From NCBI GenBank assembly GCA_047651235.1, contig CP178758.1, forward strand, positions 1,170,001 to 1,202,000: a stretch of 32,000 nucleotides of DNA. The letters are read 5' to 3'. This DNA is from Candidatus Electrothrix yaqonensis (GTDB taxonomy: Bacteria > Desulfobacterota > Desulfobulbia > Desulfobulbales > Desulfobulbaceae). The notes under the pieces are model-generated. The model searched no databases, was not told the origin of the DNA, and was given only the letters and a program-made list of their open reading frames with translations. Positions within the stretch are counted from its first letter, which is position 1, and each line of letters opens with the position of its first letter. Below are positions 26,503-32,000 of the stretch, piece after piece. Position numbers and translations under genes: made by a program.

Positions 26503-29349
26503 TCACGGATCGTTTTTTCGGTCCGAAAGAAGTTCGGCGTATTGTTCTGGTGCCAGCGGTCTGCTGAAGTAATATCCCTGTACCTCATCACAGCCCTTTT
26601 CCCGCAGAAAATCAGCCTGCTCCTTGGTTTCCACTCCTTCGGCAATCACCTTCAGATGCAGGCTGCGGGCCATAGCAAGAATTGACTCGACAATAGCCGC
26701 ATCATTCGTATCATAGGTGATATCAGCGATAAAGGCCCGGTCAATCTTCAGGGTATTGACCGGAAATTTCTTCAGATAGGCCAAGGAAGAATATCCGGTA
26801 CCGAAATCATCAATTGCGATCCGAACCCCGAAATCATGAATTTTTCTGAGCAGCATGACTGCGTCATCAGGGTACTCCATGAGGACACTTTCTGTAATTT
26901 CCAGCTCCAGCATTTCCGGGGTAATGCCGAATTCATTCAGACACGCCATGATGAGCTGAAACAGCCGGTCATCCTGAAACTGCCGGGCAGACAGGTTGAC
27001 CGCGATCGGCACATTGCGCAGTCCCTCCTTCTCCCATTCCTTCATCTGGTGACAGGCCTTCCGCAGCCCCCATTCTCCGAGAGCGACAATCAGACTGCTT
27101 TCTTCGGCAATGGGAATAAATTCTGCCGGTGAAATGATGCCTTCCTCCGGATGCCGCCAGCGGATCAGGGATTCCACCCCTGTTACCTGCTCTGTGGCCA
27201 GGGAATACTTGGGCTGGTAACAGAGCATGAATTCCCTCTGCTCCAGAGCCCGGCGCAGCCTGTTTTCCAGTGCAATCCGCTGGCTGAGATTTCTGTTCAT
27301 CCCGGCATGGAAGAACTGATAACTTCCCTGCTCCCGTTTTTTGGCAAAATGCATGGCTGTATCCGCGTTTCGGAGCAGCGTTTCAGCGTTTCTGCCGTCC
27401 TCCGGGTACATGCTGATGCCTATGCTGGCGTCAATAAAGATCTCTTTTCCGGCAAGATGAAAGGGCTGACGCAGGATATGCAGGATATGCCGGGCAAGAT
27501 GGCCCACTGCTTCTTTCAGTTTAATCCCGGCAAGCAGCACAACAAACTCATCACTGCACAGCCTGGACACAGTATCGGTTGCCCGTACATCTCCTCTGAT
27601 CCGTTTGGAGACCTGCACCAGAAGGTCATCACCGGCTTTGTAGCCTAACGTACTGTTGATATTTTTAAACTTATTCAGGTCAATACACAGCAGAACCAGC
27701 GGCGTATTATGAAACTGACTGTTGATCAGTGCCTGGGAAAGCAGTTCCTCAAACAGGGTCCGGTTGGGCAGGTTGGTTAAAGGATCATAAAAGAGCAGAT
27801 TTTTCAGCTGCCGCTCCACCCGTTTTTTTTCTGTGATATCCGTGAATATTCCGACATAGTTGATTGTTTTTCCGGCATGATCACGTATGGCGTTGATGGT
27901 GAGCCATTTCTGATATATTTCACCGTTTTTGCGGCGGTCCCAGATTTCTCCGGACCATTTTCCGGTCTCCAGCAGCTGTTTCCACATGTCCACATAGAAG
28001 GTCTGCTCGTGGCGGCCGGACTGCATCACCCGAGGATTTTCCCCGATTATTTCCTGCGGTGCATATCCTGTAATACGGGTATAGGCCCTATTGACGTGCT
28101 GAATGACGGCCTCGGCATCTGTCACCACAACAGCTTCCCCGGCGTTGTCCAGAATTTTCTGATCCATCTGCAGCTGGTATTCCAACTCTCTCTGCCCGGT
28201 GATATCTGTCCGGATATAGCCGATTCCGACGATTTTTTTCCCTGCGCCCGCCACAGGGAAACGGGAGGTGGCCAGCACCCTGTTTTCATTTCGCAGAAAG
28301 ATGTTCTCCTCATATTCCAGCTCCTCCTTCTGTATACCGGAGGTACCGATATCAATACCGGTATCAATCTCGGTTTCCCGGCCGAGCCGCAGGATTTCCT
28401 CCTCCAGCCTGCCGATAATATCCTTCCTGTTCAGCCCGAAATACTTTTCAAACTGCCGGTTGACCAGAACAAACCGGCCCGCAATATCTTTCACTGCAAT
28501 CAGAGAAGGAGAGTGCTCCATAAAATCGGCAAGCCATTTCCGTGTTTTCTTCAGCTCATCGCGATGATGCAGGAGTCTGTGCGTTTCCCTGCGGCAGGAC
28601 AGAAGAAAAAAGGCGCAGAACAGAAGATAGCTGAAAAAAGACAGGATATGCCAGCACCACCACAGGGCTGTCCATTGCGGAGCAAGAGGAAAGAGAAACG
28701 CAGCTGCTGCAAAAAGAAAACAACCGTTTGCCAGAAGCAGGCCATAGCGAAAAAAATACCGCTTTTTCCGCCGGATAAAGTACAGCCAGGCTGTCATGAA
28801 ACCGACACCGCCTGCAACAGTAAAAAACTCTGCGCCCGGAAATGGTTTACCGCTGATCTCCATTTCAGGATCAAGACCGACGCAGAGGATAAAGGCTGTG
28901 CCGGAAAACAGTCCGGCAGCCGCAGTCAGCAGGGGAAGGACGTTCATGCCGCGCCGGGAAAGCAGGCTGTCCGGCAGGACAACCAGGGCCAGGGTAAAGC
29001 CACCGATCAGCAGGGCCGGGCTGTGCAGCCAGCCGGAAGACGCGCCCGGATACCCGGCATGAAATCCGTCCATAATGCCCATACCTAGCAGAGCCGCGAC
29101 AAGGAGAACAAAACGGGGATCCGGGTATTCTTCATGCTGGATAGTCATGCAGAACAGGGCAGAAAAAATTCCGGCAAAGGCCCCGCCCGAGGCAAGCAGC
29201 GTATGCAGCGGAACATGGACCCATTGCTGCCCCAACTGTTGACCGTCCGTGCAGATTGTCACTGCCGCAAGCAGGCAGAGGACGACCAGCGGGACGCCTG
29301 CTGCGAGAATCCCCTGCCGCCATCGCAGCGCACTCCGTCTTTTCATCAC
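26503..29349 (-). CDS. Membrane-anchored PAS-PAS-GGDEF(degenerate)-EAL c-di-GMP signalling protein
   Basis: 948 aa with ~8 N-terminal TM helices and two PAS-like regions. The GGDEF site reads LCSDEF. The EAL domain has ESLIRW, DDFGTGYSSL, KIDRAFI, EGVET and QGYYFSRP. Confidence 0.88.
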   Translation of the reverse strand: MMKRRSALRWRQGILAAGVPLVVLCLLAAVTICTDGQQLGQQWVHVPLHTLLASGGAFAGIFSALFCMTIQHEEYPDPRFVLLVAALLGMGIMDGFHAGYPGASSGWLHSPALLIGGFTLALVVLPDSLLSRRGMNVLPLLTAAAGLFSGTAFILCVGLDPEMEISGKPFPGAEFFTVAGGVGFMTAWLYFIRRKKRYFFRYGLLLANGCFLFAAAAFLFPLAPQWTALWWCWHILSFFSYLLFCAFFLLSCRRETHRLLHHRDELKKTRKWLADFMEHSPSLIAVKDIAGRFVLVNRQFEKYFGLNRKDIIGRLEEEILRLGRETEIDTGIDIGTSGIQKEELEYEENIFLRNENRVLATSRFPVAGAGKKIVGIGYIRTDITGQRELEYQLQMDQKILDNAGEAVVVTDAEAVIQHVNRAYTRITGYAPQEIIGENPRVMQSGRHEQTFYVDMWKQLLETGKWSGEIWDRRKNGEIYQKWLTINAIRDHAGKTINYVGIFTDITEKKRVERQLKNLLFYDPLTNLPNRTLFEELLSQALINSQFHNTPLVLLCIDLNKFKNINSTLGYKAGDDLLVQVSKRIRGDVRATDTVSRLCSDEFVVLLAGIKLKEAVGHLARHILHILRQPFHLAGKEIFIDASIGISMYPEDGRNAETLLRNADTAMHFAKKREQGSYQFFHAGMNRNLSQRIALENRLRRALEQREFMLCYQPKYSLATEQVTGVESLIRWRHPEEGIISPAEFIPIAEESSLIVALGEWGLRKACHQMKEWEKEGLRNVPIAVNLSARQFQDDRLFQLIMACLNEFGITPEMLELEITESVLMEYPDDAVMLLRKIHDFGVRIAIDDFGTGYSSLAYLKKFPVNTLKIDRAFIADITYDTNDAAIVESILAMARSLHLKVIAEGVETKEQADFLREKGCDEVQGYYFSRPLAPEQYAELLSDRKNDP

Positions 29350-29403
29350 GCCATCACACCTGCAACCGTTTCAAAGCTCCCACAGGCAGGCCTATCAGGA
29401 CTG

Positions 29404-31347
29404 TCAATCTTCACTCTTGCGCAGAACCCGCTTGTCGCCGACCCGGATGGTCAGCTTGATTTTATCGAAATACTCCAGCAGAGGAATGGAAAATTTACGG
29501 GTCAGGCCGGTGAGGTCTTTAAAGCCGGGAGCATCAATCTCCCCTGCCCTGCCGAGATACTCTTTTAACTTGCCAGCCAGCTGATCCAGCGCCTCGGCGT
29601 GAAAGATCAGGGCTTCATTGACCCTGACCAGGGTACTGTTCTGCAGGAGCAGGTCAATGACCTCCCGTATCCGCTGCTCAGGAAATTCCGCAAACGAGGT
29701 CAGTACGTCCTTAAGATTGGGCGGCTGCAGTCCTGCTTGTTTATACAGGGCACCGATCTTTTCCTGCATTTCCTGTTCATCAACCTGCAGCGTAACCTCG
29801 TGGCTGCTCAGGCGCATCTCCGCGCCTTCCTGGACAATGAGATTTTTTTTGGCAAGAGCGTTGATTGTATATTGGAAAAGTTTCTGATCCACCGGCGGCC
29901 GGAGCCGGGAACGGACTTCCTCCCGCGCCGGTCCGTTTTTCAGCGGATGCTTCTGATGATACTGTTCCAGCAGGGCGAGGATCTTCTGATTAAGTTGTTC
30001 GATGACCTGAGCTGCGACCAGCCGCTGGCTGTCCGAATCGATCACCAGAACCTTTTTTGCTGAAACAGGCACCTGCAGTTGTTTTTTCAGCTTTTTGCCG
30101 AACAGGCCCAGCCGGGTGGAAAGCTGATCTGCAGTAATGCCCTGCAGACCGCTTTCTTCGAGAAAAAGCAGCATCTTCTCTGTGATGCTGCCTGCCCCCT
30201 CCCCTGCTTTGTAAACGGCAAAAACTTCATGATTGCGCTGCCGGTCCAGCTCCACCGTCCGTTTCCGTTTCGGCGGCGCATTATTGAGGATGACCCCGCC
30301 GCCCAAGGTGCTGATGGGCGAATAACTGCGGAGGACAAAACGGTCTCCCGGCCAGACCGCCACCGGTTCCTGCAGGACGAGCTGAATGTCCGCATCCTGG
30401 CCCGGCTCAACAATATCTTCCTCCATCAGCACTGCCCGCGCAAGGATCTCTCTGGTGCCCACATGCAGACGGACTTGGGTCCGGTTCTTCAGCTTCTTCG
30501 GATTCCCGGCCAGATAATGGAGATCAGCGTCCAGCAGGGTTGAGGGCTGCATAGTACCGGACGTGGCGGCCAGATCACCCCGCTGAATATCTTCTTTTTC
30601 AATGCCCTGCAGGTTGATGGCCGTGCGATGCCCGGCCTCGACAACTTCCTGTTCCTTGCCGTGCACCTGAATGCCCCGGATCTTGGCGGTCAGGCCGCCG
30701 GGATAGAACATCAGGTCATCGCCCACAGAAATCCGCCCGGACAGGGAAGAACCGGTGATCACTGTGCCGAAGCCCTTCATGGAAAACACCCGGTCCACAG
30801 CCAGCCGGAACGGACCAAACTCCTCCTGAAAGTTGATCTTCCGCACCTTCTCATCCAGCACCTTTTTAACGTCCTCAATCCCTTCGCCCGTGGTGGAAGA
30901 AACAGCCAGGATCGGGGCCTCTTCCAGAAAACTGTCTACAAAAAAATCCGTGACTTCTTCCTCTACCATCTCCAGCCACTCTTCCTCGACCATATCCTTC
31001 TTGGTCAGGATGATCAGACCGTCTTTGACCCCGAGCAGACGGCAGATGTCGAAATGCTCCCTGGTCTGCGGCATGATGCCCTCATCAGCAGCGATGATAA
31101 AGGCCACCATGTCCATGCCTGCTGCTCCGGCCACCATATTGCGGACAAACTTCTCATGACCGGGTACGTCCACGATGCCCAGACGATGGCCGCAGGCAAG
31201 GTCGATGTAGGCAAAGCCCAGCTCAATGGTGATGCCCCGTTTCTTTTCTTCCTGCAGCCGGTCGGTTTCAATGCCGGTCAGGGCCCGGATCAGGCTGGTT
31301 TTACCGTGGTCAACATGACCGGCAGTGCCAAGGATTATTTCACGCAT
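29404..31347 (-). CDS. selB: Selenocysteine-specific translation elongation factor SelB
   Basis: 647 aa starting [46 protein letters not shown]. It has EF-Tu-like domains plus a long C-terminal winged-helix extension. Confidence 0.92.
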   Translation of the reverse strand: MREIILGTAGHVDHGKTSLIRALTGIETDRLQEEKKRGITIELGFAYIDLACGHRLGIVDVPGHEKFVRNMVAGAAGMDMVAFIIAADEGIMPQTREHFDICRLLGVKDGLIILTKKDMVEEEWLEMVEEEVTDFFVDSFLEEAPILAVSSTTGEGIEDVKKVLDEKVRKINFQEEFGPFRLAVDRVFSMKGFGTVITGSSLSGRISVGDDLMFYPGGLTAKIRGIQVHGKEQEVVEAGHRTAINLQGIEKEDIQRGDLAATSGTMQPSTLLDADLHYLAGNPKKLKNRTQVRLHVGTREILARAVLMEEDIVEPGQDADIQLVLQEPVAVWPGDRFVLRSYSPISTLGGGVILNNAPPKRKRTVELDRQRNHEVFAVYKAGEGAGSITEKMLLFLEESGLQGITADQLSTRLGLFGKKLKKQLQVPVSAKKVLVIDSDSQRLVAAQVIEQLNQKILALLEQYHQKHPLKNGPAREEVRSRLRPPVDQKLFQYTINALAKKNLIVQEGAEMRLSSHEVTLQVDEQEMQEKIGALYKQAGLQPPNLKDVLTSFAEFPEQRIREVIDLLLQNSTLVRVNEALIFHAEALDQLAGKLKEYLGRAGEIDAPGFKDLTGLTRKFSIPLLEYFDKIKLTIRVGDKRVLRKSED

Positions 31348-31365
31348 GAATCTTGCTGCTTATTT

Positions 31366-31692
31366 TCACTGATTGGGTTGTGAACGGTTCCGGTTGGCCA
31401 GATATTCAATCACCGTTTCTTTCTCCTGCTGATTCAGGAAATTCATTTTGGTGGAATACCGCATCATTTTTTCTACAGTCTGCGTCCATTCCGCATGATC
31501 TTTATCCGCCGCATACACCCTGTCAATTCCGTGACAGGAAGAGCATTTCTGTTCGACCAGATTTTTTTCCGCAGCTCCGTCTTCCTTGGTAATTTCCTCA
31601 GCCGTTCCGGCGGACAAAGGTGCTGCCAGCAGCACGGACACAAACAGTACGGCAGCGAAAACATACCCTGAAAAAATTCTCCAGCTCTTCAT
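31366..31692 (-). CDS. Small secreted mono-haem c-type cytochrome-like protein
   Basis: 108 aa with a signal peptide/TM (FAAVLFVSVLLAAPLSA) and a single CSSCH haem motif. The domain pattern is C..CH...R........EW..TVEKM......NFL...EK..VIEYL. Confidence 0.7.
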   Translation of the reverse strand: MKSWRIFSGYVFAAVLFVSVLLAAPLSAGTAEEITKEDGAAEKNLVEQKCSSCHGIDRVYAADKDHAEWTQTVEKMMRYSTKMNFLNQQEKETVIEYLANRNRSQPNQ

Positions 31693-31705
31693 AACAACAC
31701 CATCC

Positions 31706-32000
31706 TTACTTATTGCTTTCAGCCTGTATACGGTTCCGGGTGACCAGATATTCGACCACAGCCTTTTTTTCCTTCTGATTCAGAAAATTTACCTTGTCAG
31801 CATAACCGATCATCTTCTCCACGGTCTGCACCCATTCCGAACGGCTTTTATTTGCCGCGTAAATTCTCTCAACCTCATGACAGGAAGGAGAACATTTCTG
31901 CTCAACCAGCAGTTTACCGACCGTTTTTTTAATGCGTTGCGCTACAGAATCCAACTTTTCCCGCCGTTTCTGCTGGGTGATAAGATAATGAATAATCTGT
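31706..32000 (-). CDS. Paralogous cytochrome-like repeat protein, N-terminus beyond the right edge
   Basis: The frame stays open to position 32000; the TTG start in the track is probably not real. The upstream in-frame residues QIIHYLITQQKRRE look like the end of another copy of the same module. The visible module carries CSPSCH (CX3CH) instead of CXXCH. Confidence 0.6.
   Translation of the reverse strand, partial: QIIHYLITQQKRREKLDSVAQRIKKTVGKLLVEQKCSPSCHEVERIYAANKSRSEWVQTVEKMIGYADKVNFLNQKEKKAVVEYLVTRNRIQAESNK

Noticed and set aside
27877-29088. 403-aa + strand ORF
   Set aside because: Antisense to the PAS-GGDEF-EAL gene.
30628-31383. 251-aa + strand ORF (and 29599..30063, 30079..30543)
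   Set aside because: Antisense to selB.
1-32000. CRISPR arrays, rRNA genes, integron attC/attI sites, integrase or recombinase genes
   Set aside because: I looked for regularly spaced direct repeats, rRNA-like conserved blocks and R'/R'' core sites flanking the single-gene AT-rich patches, and found none. The single-gene islets do not end in recognisable attC structures.

Overview
The window reads as a bacterial chromosome segment. Gene content suggests a Desulfobulbales-like anaerobe, but that is inference only: four-subunit 2-oxoacid:ferredoxin oxidoreductase, HdrD/GlcF-type CCG Fe-S protein, two-CW protein, selB. GC-rich core genes alternate with visibly AT-richer accessory patches. Core genes: a partial WecA/MraY-type glycosyltransferase, an MDR dehydrogenase, tRNA-His, an FmdB-type zinc ribbon, a UDG-superfamily protein, class I fumarate hydratase, a CCG-domain Fe-S protein, typA, and korDABC. 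A zinc-ribbon/HAMP + PhnD-like + unknown three-gene cluster follows. The window ends with a minus-strand run of cytochrome-like genes, selB, PAS-GGDEF-EAL and rlmN. Accessory or decayed material: a frameshifted, truncated IS66-type transposase relic; a second inverted copy of 39 bp of it about 9.9 kb away; and a roughly 1 kb IS701-type relic that keeps perfect 19-bp terminal inverted repeats. There is also a stretch of gene fragments at 9.2-10.5 kb, two AT-rich orphan genes (a TPR-like/TM protein and a DUF900-type alpha/beta hydrolase), and a 1.65-kb AT-rich single-gene insertion bracketed by a diverged duplicate of the typA 3' end. I found no CRISPR array, rRNA, integrase, or recognisable complete defence system. 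The best leads are the typA-end insertion, the output-less ZnR-HAMP/SBP/unknown trio, and the orphan island genes. All calls come from reading the sequence and translations by eye. No searches were run.
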